Origin: Gemmatimonadales bacterium
Lineage (GTDB): Bacteria; Gemmatimonadota; Gemmatimonadetes; Gemmatimonadales; GWC2-71-9
DNA: 56,338 nt
Direction: 5' to 3'
Assembly (NCBI GenBank): GCA_039794085.1
Contig: JBDIWC010000027.1
Coordinates: 1 to 56,338, forward strand
A program made the translations under genes and the position numbers. The notes under the pieces were generated by a model, which was not told where the DNA came from, searched no databases, and saw nothing but the letters and a program-made list of their open reading frames with translations. Shown piece by piece: positions 10,522 to 19,042 of the stretch (position 1 is its first letter; the number at the start of each line of letters is the position of its first letter).

Positions 10522-11540
10522 GCCGGGACTCCCGGTTCGTTGGGTGTGACGGTGCACCGTTGGGCCATCGGAGCGACGGGAGCACGCGTCAGGGCGCGGG
10601 CCTCCACGAACTGCCACACCACGAGGCCCGGGACACCGAGGGCAAGCTCGCGGACCCGCTTGGCGAGCGAGAGGGCGAGGGCCACTCCGGGGTCGACACC
10701 GAGAAGGGAGCCGAGAAAGATGTAGGCGCCCTCCTGGATGCCCAGGGCCCCGGGCACGGCGAAGGCTGCGCCGCGCACCGCCTGCCCGAGGCTCTCGAGC
10801 ACCAGCGCCTCGGTGAGGGAGACGGGGGCTCCCACCAGCCACATCACGAGCCAGACCTCTCCTGCTCCGAGAATCCACGCCCCGAAGTGCCACACACTCG
10901 AAACGAGAACTCCCCGGCCCCGGCCGTAGACAGCCCGGAGCTCCCGGTCGAGCGACTCGGCACCCCCCAGCAAGCCGGCCCACGCCCGGCCGGTGACCGG
11001 GGCGAGGTGTCGAGCCAGGAACCCGAAGAGGCCTCGTCGCTGAACATGCCAGAAGAGGCCGATGACGAACGCCACGAGCCCGAGCCCCGCGAGAAGAACC
11101 GGCAGTGCCCCGGTTGGTCCGATCCGCGTGAGGAGGATCCCGAGACCCAGGAGCCCGAAGACCATCTGGGTGCCGGCGGTGAGGGTCATGTCTGCGATCA
11201 CCGTGGCCGCGGCCACCGGCCCCGGGGTGCCCGCGCGGGTCACGAGCCGAGCCTTGGCCACATCGCCCCCGATCTGCGCCACGGGAAGGAGCCCATTCAC
11301 CGATTCCCCGATCCAGCGGGTCCAGACCAGGGTTCGAAGCGGAGGATGTGGTTCCGGAAAGAGGGGGCGCCAGGCGATGGCGTCGAGCACGACGATCATC
11401 CCATGCAGCACAATCACCAGGAGGAGGCCCCAGCCGGCAGCGCCCAGCGCGGTGAGCACAACAGTCGTTCCCTGCCACGCCAAAAGCCCCGTGAAGAGGG
11501 CGAGGCCCAGGAGTCCGGTGGCGAGGGCTGCTTTCCTCAT
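10518..11540 (-). CDS. HpnL-like / lysylphosphatidylglycerol synthase TM (flippase-like) membrane protein
   Basis: Multi-TM protein with RWIGESVNGLLPVAQIGGD, FAVPGALGIQEG and SLAKRVRE motifs. Confidence 0.8.
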   Translation of the reverse strand: MRKAALATGLLGLALFTGLLAWQGTTVVLTALGAAGWGLLLVIVLHGMIVVLDAIAWRPLFPEPHPPLRTLVWTRWIGESVNGLLPVAQIGGDVAKARLVTRAGTPGPVAAATVIADMTLTAGTQMVFGLLGLGILLTRIGPTGALPVLLAGLGLVAFVIGLFWHVQRRGLFGFLARHLAPVTGRAWAGLLGGAESLDRELRAVYGRGRGVLVSSVWHFGAWILGAGEVWLVMWLVGAPVSLTEALVLESLGQAVRGAAFAVPGALGIQEGAYIFLGSLLGVDPGVALALSLAKRVRELALGVPGLVVWQFVEARALTRAPVAPMAQRCTVTPNEPGVPA

Positions 11541-12292
11541 GCGGTCTGCTTCCTCCCACGGAACACCTGCCGGAATCCGAAATAGGCGATGCTGTCCTTC
11601 ATGTGCGAGACGAACCGGTGCCAGGGGGTCATCCGCGGGTCGGTGACGAACTCCAGGGTGAGGGAAACCCGTCGTTCATCCGGTCCCAGCGGGGTCACCT
11701 GGTGCCAGACCGTGTCGCCGTTGAAAAAGACCAGGGTGCCCGGGCGAAGGGGAACCGAGAGGTCAATGGTGTCCCGGTCGGTGCGGGTTCGATGAAGCTG
11801 GCAGTCGAGGGTCGCGGTGGAGTCATTGACCAGACCGAAGAGCAGGGTATACCGCCGGCCGCGGTAGTAGGAGGTGTCGTAGTGCCAGGTGATGTAGTCG
11901 CCCGGCTCGGTATAGTAGTACAGGGCGTAGGTGTGGGGGTCCGACGCGGGGCAGTCGAGCAATGTGTCGCCGGCCAGCTCCTGGAGGAAGGCGCGCAGGG
12001 CGGGCGACCGGTATAACTCCGGGATCAGGGGGAAGGCCCGGTCCAGCACATGGCGGCTCACGCTCCCGCCTTTTTTGACCCGGGGGACGAAATTGCGGTG
12101 GACCAGGGGTTCCAAACCGGGGAGCCGCTCCAGGACCCGGGTGAGAAGCGTGGGGGGGAGGAAGTTCTCGACGAGGAGAAACTCCCCCTGCTCGGTGAAC
12201 TGCCGGCGGAGGGTCTCGTGATCCAGGGCAGCGAGGGCGGCCCGCAGGTCGGAATCGAGCGTCGGCACGGAGGAGGTCGCGGTCCCAGTCAT
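11537..12292 (-). CDS. 2OG-Fe(II) dioxygenase
   Basis: HxD (WHYDTS), distal His (VWHQVTPL) and 2OG-binding Arg (RVSLT); ATGA overlaps on both sides. Confidence 0.85.
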   Translation of the reverse strand: MTGTATSSVPTLDSDLRAALAALDHETLRRQFTEQGEFLLVENFLPPTLLTRVLERLPGLEPLVHRNFVPRVKKGGSVSRHVLDRAFPLIPELYRSPALRAFLQELAGDTLLDCPASDPHTYALYYYTEPGDYITWHYDTSYYRGRRYTLLFGLVNDSTATLDCQLHRTRTDRDTIDLSVPLRPGTLVFFNGDTVWHQVTPLGPDERRVSLTLEFVTDPRMTPWHRFVSHMKDSIAYFGFRQVFRGRKQTA

Positions 12293-12933
12293 GGATCTCT
12301 CGCCGGGGTGGAAGTGGTGCTCAGGGTGGAGGAGGATTCCGGGTGAGGCCGGAGCCCGAGATACCGGAAGACCAGCCACGCCGCAAAGAGCGGAGCCCCG
12401 ACCACCGCCGCGAGGAGGAAGGGTTGCAGGGCGCCCGCGTGGACCACGAGGGGGAGCAGATAGAGGATGTCCTCGATCTCGAACCAGCTGGTATTCGGCA
12501 GGGCGGCCCGCGCGGCTCCGATCCGGCGTTCGACCTCGATGCGGAGCCAGAAGATGGCCGAGACCGAGAGCCCGGCCAGGAGGCCGAGCGGAGCCGCCCA
12601 CTGGTGCAGCCACCCGGAGCGGAGGCCGATCCCGATTCCCAGGAAGACGAGGCCGTGGACCGCCGCATCGGACGCCAGATCGTAGACATGGCCGAATCGT
12701 GTGATTCGCCCGGTCATCCGGGCCAGTTCCCCGTCGGTGTGGTCGAGCAGGTTGGAGAGGAAGAAGAGCCACCCGCCAGTCACGACCCAGTGTCCTCCGG
12801 CGGCAAAGGCCACGGCCGAGGCGAGCCCGACCACCAGGCGGAGGGTGGTGAGGTGACTGGGCGTGACCGGCGTGCGTTGGAGTGGCCGCACCAGCCAGTG
12901 GGCCAGCCGGGCGTCGAGAGGGCGCGGGTTCAC
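12289..12933 (-). CDS. CDP-alcohol phosphatidyltransferase family protein
   Basis: Complete motif DHTDGELAR...GHVYDLASD; GTG start with GGAG RBS. Confidence 0.9.
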   Translation of the reverse strand: MNPRPLDARLAHWLVRPLQRTPVTPSHLTTLRLVVGLASAVAFAAGGHWVVTGGWLFFLSNLLDHTDGELARMTGRITRFGHVYDLASDAAVHGLVFLGIGIGLRSGWLHQWAAPLGLLAGLSVSAIFWLRIEVERRIGAARAALPNTSWFEIEDILYLLPLVVHAGALQPFLLAAVVGAPLFAAWLVFRYLGLRPHPESSSTLSTTSTPARDP

Positions 12934-13062
12934 CGGGTGCTCCCCAATGAAGGGGGCGACACCGGGCGGGGTAGCCTCGCAGCTCTCATGGTCGGCACGG
13001 TGCCTCCGGGTTGTCGGTAAACCTGCCATCTCGGTAACGACGGCAGCCCCCGGTTGGATGTC

Positions 13063-14280
13063 CTAGCGGATGGCGCTGTCCAGGTCCACTCCGGCCAGGG
13101 TACAGATGCGGGCGATCGTTTCCCCGATCTTGTTGTTGGGGGTGGAGGCCCCGGCGGTGACGCCGATGCGGTGCACCCCCTCGAGCCATCCGGTGGCGTT
13201 GCGGGTCCGGGTGTCCCCCACGGGCTGAAACTCGATCCACCCCGTGTCCAGGTCGACACATTCGGCGTCGTCGATGTGGTAGGTGCGCACTCCGCGCAAC
13301 TCCGCGAGCTCGGCGAGGTGGCTCGTGTTGGAACTGTTGTACCCCCCCACCACGATCATCAGGTCGAGCGGTTCCCGCAGCAACGCCTCCATGGCGTCCT
13401 GACGCTCCTGGGTCGCGGAGCAGATGGTGTCGAAGGTGCGGACCCGGGTGTCGAGTTCCTCCGGCCCGTGGATCCGCCGCATCGTCTCCCGGAACGCGTC
13501 GGCGATGGCGAGGGACTCTCCGGACAGCATCGTGGTCTGGTTGGCCAGCCCGATGTGCTGGAGGTCGTGGGCAAAGTCGAAACCGGCGGAAGTGGCCCGG
13601 GCAAAGTACTCCTGCAGGGGCGCCGGATCGCCCCCGAATTCCATGAACTCCATCACCCGGTGCGCTTCGGCCATGTCGAGGACCACGAGGTAGCGTCCGT
13701 CGGGATACTTTTCGACCTGGCTCGCGGTGGCCTTGGTTTCCTCGTGCCAGTGCTTGCCATGAATGATCGAGGTGAAGCCATCCCGGGCATAGGCATCCAC
13801 GCGCTTCCAGACATTGAGAACCGAACCGCAGGTGGTGTCCACCAGAACGCATCCGATCGCTTGCAGCCGTTGAAAGTCCCGCATCGTCACGCCGAAGGCG
13901 GGCAGAATGACGACATCCTCCGCCGTGACGGGGCCAAAATCGAACTCCGCGCCCGCCGGACGATGCAGGAAATGGATCCCCATCGCCGCCAGCCTCCGGT
14001 TGACATGAGGGTTGTGGATGATCTCCCCCACCAGAAAGAGGCGGCGGTCTGGAAACTTGGTACGGGTCTCGTACGCGTAGTCCACGGCGCGATCCACGCC
14101 GTAGCAGAACCCGAACTCCCGGGCCAGGTGGAAGGTCAGATGATCCACGGTGAGGGTGTACTCGTTCGCTCGCAACGCGTCAATGACGGCGCTGTGGTAG
14201 TCAGCGGCCAACTGGCCCTGAATGGATCCTTTCAGGCCGAAGCCCCGGCGGAAATAAGTGGACCCCATGGGCCGGAGCAT
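13063..14280 (-). CDS. ispH: 4-hydroxy-3-methylbut-2-enyl diphosphate reductase
   Basis: FGFCYGVDRA, EIIHNP, DTTC, HEET, ANQTT, DTICSATQERQ, SSNT, TAGASTP. Confidence 0.95.
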   Translation of the reverse strand: MLRPMGSTYFRRGFGLKGSIQGQLAADYHSAVIDALRANEYTLTVDHLTFHLAREFGFCYGVDRAVDYAYETRTKFPDRRLFLVGEIIHNPHVNRRLAAMGIHFLHRPAGAEFDFGPVTAEDVVILPAFGVTMRDFQRLQAIGCVLVDTTCGSVLNVWKRVDAYARDGFTSIIHGKHWHEETKATASQVEKYPDGRYLVVLDMAEAHRVMEFMEFGGDPAPLQEYFARATSAGFDFAHDLQHIGLANQTTMLSGESLAIADAFRETMRRIHGPEELDTRVRTFDTICSATQERQDAMEALLREPLDLMIVVGGYNSSNTSHLAELAELRGVRTYHIDDAECVDLDTGWIEFQPVGDTRTRNATGWLEGVHRIGVTAGASTPNNKIGETIARICTLAGVDLDSAIR

Positions 14281-14526
14281 ATCGCCCTCCACGCGAGGAC
14301 GAAAGGGGCGTAAGTTAAGCAGCAGACACACGGGGTGGAACCGGCGGATGCCGTGACGCGACCGGCGGGCGCGGTCTGGACGCCGGATTGAACCGCGGTG
14401 TAATTTGCGACCCCCGCGAAGGGGAGGAAGGAGCCCGCGCATGAGGAGGGATGGCCAGGTGATTTGTCGCACGAGCGTGTGGCGTCCAACGGAACGGATC
14501 CGGCCCGGTCTCGGGAAGGGCTCCGG

Positions 14527-17319
14527 ATGATCTCCCGGCCACTGCGGCGGGGACTCGATACCGTGATGCGCTGGCCCGGCCGCACGCTCCTGGGGGCCGC
14601 GGTGGTCACCGCCGTGGCCCTCGGCTTCGGCTCCCAGGTCGAACTCCGCACCAGTCGGCAGGATCTGGCCCCGCCGGATGAACCCGCCGAACAACGGTGG
14701 CAGAGGTTTCTGGCCGAGAAGCCGATCGCCAATGTGCTGGTGGCGGTCGTGGAAACGGTGCCGGGAACGCCCTTCTCCGCCTCACAGCTTCGGAGGGTCA
14801 CGGATCAACTGGCCTTGTCCTTCGCCGAGGACTCCCTGGCCGGAAGCGTCTTCCACCGCACCGATCTCGCCTGGTTCGAGCGTCACGCGCTGCACGCCGC
14901 TCCTCCCGCCGCGATCACCGAGGTCGTCTCGGCCCTCGGGGAGGGGGGCGTGCTCCGGACCCTGGCGGCGGGCGGGGGAATCGTCGCTCTCAACGAGGGC
15001 CTGGCCGACGCCCTCGACTCTGGGGCGCGCCAGGCAGAGAACCCCCGGGAGGATGCGCTTCAATCGCTGAACACCGTAGCTCGCATTCTGACGTTTGAAC
15101 GCAAATTCCTGACCGATCCCGAATCGGTCACCCGGAGGATGGATCCGGACGCGCCTCTCCTCTCCCTGGTCAGCGCGGTGACGCAAGGCGACGCGGGCGG
15201 GCTTCCCCCGGGCTATGTCGGGAGCCGCGACGGCACCCGGATGTTCCTCACCATCACACCGGCATCCTCGGCGGATGACCTCCCCGTGTTGATGCGTTTC
15301 GTCGGTGCCATGCGGGCCCGGGCTGATCGGCTGATGGCGGAGAATCCCGGGTTCCGGGTGGCCTTTACCGGTCAGGCCGCGCTCTCGGTGGACGAGATGG
15401 CCCTGGTCCAGCGCGACGCGACGCGGTCATCGGTCCTGGCCGCCGTCGGTGTGGCCCTCCTGATCCTCGTGGCCTTCCGGTGGCGCACGCATGCCGTGCT
15501 GGTCTTCATCGCGCTGCTGGCCGGCCTGATCTGGACCTTCGGAGTCGTGTGGCTTGCCCCGGGCTACCTCAACCTGATCACCACCGCGGTGATTCCCACC
15601 CTCCTGGGCGTGGGCGTCGCCTTCGGGATCCATCCCGTGTCGGAGTATGAACTGGATCCCGGAAGCGACACCGGATCGGAACAGGTGCTGCAGAGTGCCT
15701 TCCGCGCGACCCTGGTTCCGGTGATCGTGTCCGCCCTCACCACGGCCGCAGCTTTCTTCGCCATCCTGCTGATCCCGTTCCGCGGGTTTGCGGAACTGGG
15801 GCTGGTGGCGGGTCTCGGCGTGCTGCTCTGCCTCCTGGCCGCGTTCACGGTGCTTCCCTCACTCATGATCGCCCATGGCCGGCGGACCGGTGCCCGGGCA
15901 TCCCGTCGGTCTGTTTCCACGCCCCCGCCGACGGCACCATTCGATCGGGTCTGGTCCCGAGGGGCGGCGGCCGCGGTGTCACGTCATCCCCGCCTCGTTG
16001 TGACGGGGGCGCTGGGACTCACGGCGGTGTTGGCGCTGGGGGTGAGTCGCGTCCGGTTCGATCCCGACCTGATGAGGCTGCTGCCCCGGGAGGCGGAAGC
16101 CGTGAGGTACCAGGAGCTGATCGCGGAGACCTCGGACCTCTCACCCTTCTTTGCCGTGGTCGAGGCGGAGTCCCTGACGGAATTGCGCACCCTGAGGACC
16201 CGGGCCAACGCGGACCCGGCCATCGGTCGATTCGAGTCGATCCTCGATGTGATCCCCGCGGACACCCTGGCCGCCGCCGCGACGACAACTCTCCGGGACG
16301 CGCTCGAGACAGTTCAGACCAATCCCTCCGCGCCATCCCTGGACAGGGAGGCGCTCCTCGGCTCGCTGCAACGGCTCGAAGGAGCACTCGATCGCGCGGC
16401 CGAGGACGCTTTCGGGACCGGCCGCGCGGAACTGGCCGCCGTGCTGGAGGAGGCGCGCGAGGAGGCGGCCGCTGCGGAGACAGAGCTGCAGAACGGGCGA
16501 CATTCCGAGGCCGGTGTCCTGGAGACGGAGTGGGACACCCTGCACCAGTGGATCGGGAGCGCACTGGCCTCCGTCCGTGATGCCGCCGGGAACGGAGCGC
16601 CCACTCTGGCGGGGCTCCCGGCTGAACTGCGGACACGCTATGTCATCGGGGAGGGACGCCTCCTGGCCTATCTCCATCCCCGGCATGAGGAGGGGACCGG
16701 CACCTTCAGCGCGGATCAGGGCCCCCGCTTCGCCGCGGCGGCACTCGGCGTGTCCCCCGAGGCCACCGGGTTCCCGATTGTTTTCCAACGGATGACGGCG
16801 CGAATCACCGAGGGTTTCTATGAAGCCGTTGCGGTCGGTGGCCTGCTGGTGCTCGGGATCCTGCTCGCCCATTTTCGAAGCGTGTCTGCCTCCCTCCTGG
16901 CGGGCATGCCGCTCATGCTGGGCATCCTCTGGACCCTCGGTGTCCAGGGGTGGCTCGACATCCCGTTCAACTTCGCCAATCTGGTGGCGATCCCCCTGGT
17001 GATCGGGGTCGGCATCGATGATGGAGTCCATCTGGTGCATCGAGCCCGTCTTCCCGGTATGATGACCGTCCATGCCGCCCTGCTGAGTTCGGGCCGGGCC
17101 ATCCTCATCACCTCCCTGGCCACGGTGGCGGGGTTCGGAAGTCTGATCTTCTCCGCTCACCGGGGGATGGCCAGCCTCGGCACCCTCCTCGTCATCGGTG
17201 TCCTCGCCTGTCTGGTGGCCTCGATCGTGGTTTTGCCCAATGTACTGCTGCTGACACGTGGCTGGCGCCGGGCAGGGGAGACGGTCGGGCTGGAGACGGT
17301 GGAGGGGGAAACGGCGTGA
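14527..17319 (+). CDS. MMPL/RND lipid transporter (HpnN/BstA-like)
   Basis: Two MMPL TM repeats with large periplasmic loops; GVGIDDGVH, AGFGSL, HRGMASLG; first gene of the shc operon. Confidence 0.85.
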   Translation: MISRPLRRGLDTVMRWPGRTLLGAAVVTAVALGFGSQVELRTSRQDLAPPDEPAEQRWQRFLAEKPIANVLVAVVETVPGTPFSASQLRRVTDQLALSFAEDSLAGSVFHRTDLAWFERHALHAAPPAAITEVVSALGEGGVLRTLAAGGGIVALNEGLADALDSGARQAENPREDALQSLNTVARILTFERKFLTDPESVTRRMDPDAPLLSLVSAVTQGDAGGLPPGYVGSRDGTRMFLTITPASSADDLPVLMRFVGAMRARADRLMAENPGFRVAFTGQAALSVDEMALVQRDATRSSVLAAVGVALLILVAFRWRTHAVLVFIALLAGLIWTFGVVWLAPGYLNLITTAVIPTLLGVGVAFGIHPVSEYELDPGSDTGSEQVLQSAFRATLVPVIVSALTTAAAFFAILLIPFRGFAELGLVAGLGVLLCLLAAFTVLPSLMIAHGRRTGARASRRSVSTPPPTAPFDRVWSRGAAAAVSRHPRLVVTGALGLTAVLALGVSRVRFDPDLMRLLPREAEAVRYQELIAETSDLSPFFAVVEAESLTELRTLRTRANADPAIGRFESILDVIPADTLAAAATTTLRDALETVQTNPSAPSLDREALLGSLQRLEGALDRAAEDAFGTGRAELAAVLEEAREEAAAAETELQNGRHSEAGVLETEWDTLHQWIGSALASVRDAAGNGAPTLAGLPAELRTRYVIGEGRLLAYLHPRHEEGTGTFSADQGPRFAAAALGVSPEATGFPIVFQRMTARITEGFYEAVAVGGLLVLGILLAHFRSVSASLLAGMPLMLGILWTLGVQGWLDIPFNFANLVAIPLVIGVGIDDGVHLVHRARLPGMMTVHAALLSSGRAILITSLATVAGFGSLIFSAHRGMASLGTLLVIGVLACLVASIVVLPNVLLLTRGWRRAGETVGLETVEGETA

Positions 17320-18191
17320 TGCGGATGAGACGCGTGGTTCTCGGGGCGATGCTCTTCATTCCCTCGACCGCCGGGGTGGCACAAACCACCGGCCCGCGCA
17401 CCCTGGTGGTGTGTGCTCCCGGACATCCGGGCACCGCTCGGCAGGCCGAACCCACGCTCCGGGCATTGGCGGGAGCCCTCGCCGCCGTGGGTGCCTGGTC
17501 CGGCGACACGGTCCGGACCGCCTTCTGCGAAAGTGCGGAGGAAGGGGTGCGTCAGGTGAGAGCGTCGACCACGGCGGCCGCGCTCGTCTCCCTGCCCTTC
17601 TATCTGGCATATTCCCAGGAGTTGGGCCTCCGAGCGGTGGCGGTTCCGGTCACCTCGGTGGGGGCTCGGGCTCCGTGGGTTCTCGTGGCGGGTCAGGGTC
17701 GTGTGCGCCGTCCCGCGGACCTGGTTGGGTGGACGGTGTCCAGCCGGGCAGGGTACGCCCCGAGTGTGGTGGAGGCCCTGGTGGCCACTGCGTGGGGGCG
17801 TCTCCCGGCTGGGGTCCGGGTCACCTTCACACCCCGGTCGTTGTCGGCATTGCGCCGGTCCGCGGCCGGTGACTCGGTGGCGGTCCTGCTCGACGGGGAG
17901 GAGGCCGCGGCGCTGAAGTCACTGCCCTTTGCGAATCGGCTGGAGGAAGTGTTCCGTTCCGATTCGCTTCCCCTCTCGGTTCTTGCCGTGGTTGACCGGA
18001 ATCGCATGGGAGACGCGGAAGCGAGCTGGGACCGGGACCTCGTGGAACCCCTGCTGAGACTCCACCGATCGGCCGGTGGGGCCGCGGTGTTGAAGGAGAT
18101 GCGGATCGAACGCTTTGAACGTCTGAGCCCGGGAGACCGGGCGCAGCTCGAGCGGTGGGCCGGTTCTTCCTCGACTTTGCGCCCCCGATGA
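17316..18191 (+). CDS. Secreted PhnD/SsuA-like substrate-binding-fold protein (BstB-like)
   Basis: Signal peptide; LVVCAPGHPG, SLPFYL, VLLDGEEAAALKSLPF; overlaps both neighbours. Fold assignment is by resemblance only. Confidence 0.55.
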   Translation: MMRMRRVVLGAMLFIPSTAGVAQTTGPRTLVVCAPGHPGTARQAEPTLRALAGALAAVGAWSGDTVRTAFCESAEEGVRQVRASTTAAALVSLPFYLAYSQELGLRAVAVPVTSVGARAPWVLVAGQGRVRRPADLVGWTVSSRAGYAPSVVEALVATAWGRLPAGVRVTFTPRSLSALRRSAAGDSVAVLLDGEEAAALKSLPFANRLEEVFRSDSLPLSVLAVVDRNRMGDAEASWDRDLVEPLLRLHRSAGGAAVLKEMRIERFERLSPGDRAQLERWAGSSSTLRPR

Positions 18192-19006
18192 GAAGGTCCC
18201 GATGGATGACGGCGTTTCCGGGACACTTGGTCCTCGCGCTCGCCGCCACCGCCTGCGCCTCGGCCCTCCCTCCCCCTCGGGACCTGAGCAGCATTGTTCC
18301 CGAGCGGGCGGAGTGGGAGTCCGTTCCGGTCGACGAGTTGGAGAGAAGAGCCGAGGACCGGTTTGCGGAACGGACCGTGGCCGCGGTGCGGGAGGCCGCC
18401 GAGATCTGGACCCGGATCGCGGTCCGACAGCCTGGCGACGTCCCACCATTGACCGCCGCTGTTCGGGCCCGGATCTGGTTGTCGGAAACACTCGAGATCC
18501 CCGGGGATCGGAGCCGGGAGGCCGTGGACGCCGTTCGGACCGCGCAGTGGTGCGACATTCGGGCTCCGGGAAATCCGGAGTGTGCCTACTGGTTGGGAGC
18601 AGCCCTGGGGGTGCAGGCGCGGGAGAACCGGCGCACCGCACTCGATGCCCTCGATCGCATGGAGTCACTGTTCAAGCAGGCGGCCGCGGAAGCGCCCCTG
18701 GTGGCGAATGGGGGACCCGACCGAGCCCTCGCAAGTCTGTACGCCCGGGCCCCGGCGTGGCCCGCCGGTCAGGGGGACCCCGACCGGGCTCTTGAGCATG
18801 CCCTCCGCGCCATCGCGCTCGCACCGGAGCACCCCCCGAATTACCTTGTCGCCGCCGAGGCATTCCGGGCCTCAGGCGACAGGGAGGGGGCGATCACCTA
18901 TCTTGATCGGGGGCTTGCCGCGGCCCGTCGTCGTCTGAACGCAGGCGACCCTGACGCACCCCGATGGATCCAGGAGATCGAAACCGAACGTTTGAAGTAT
19001 CAGTAG
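18188..19006 (+). CDS. TPR / TRAP TatT-like lipoprotein (BstC-like)
   Basis: Lipobox ATAC; helical repeats; YWLGAALG and GGPDRALASLYARAPAWPAGQGD resemble TatT-family motifs. Confidence 0.6.
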   Translation: MRRSRWMTAFPGHLVLALAATACASALPPPRDLSSIVPERAEWESVPVDELERRAEDRFAERTVAAVREAAEIWTRIAVRQPGDVPPLTAAVRARIWLSETLEIPGDRSREAVDAVRTAQWCDIRAPGNPECAYWLGAALGVQARENRRTALDALDRMESLFKQAAAEAPLVANGGPDRALASLYARAPAWPAGQGDPDRALEHALRAIALAPEHPPNYLVAAEAFRASGDREGAITYLDRGLAAARRRLNAGDPDAPRWIQEIETERLKYQ

Positions 19007-19042
19007 CCCTTTGCCCAGTCACGAGGGAGGATCGAGGACTTG

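Noticed and set aside
11537..12292. BesD-like halogenase
   Set aside because: It retains HxD; halogenases have HxG/A.
17316..18191. Phosphonate ABC importer
   Set aside because: No phnC/phnE ATPase or permease; the gene is embedded between an RND transporter and a lipoprotein.
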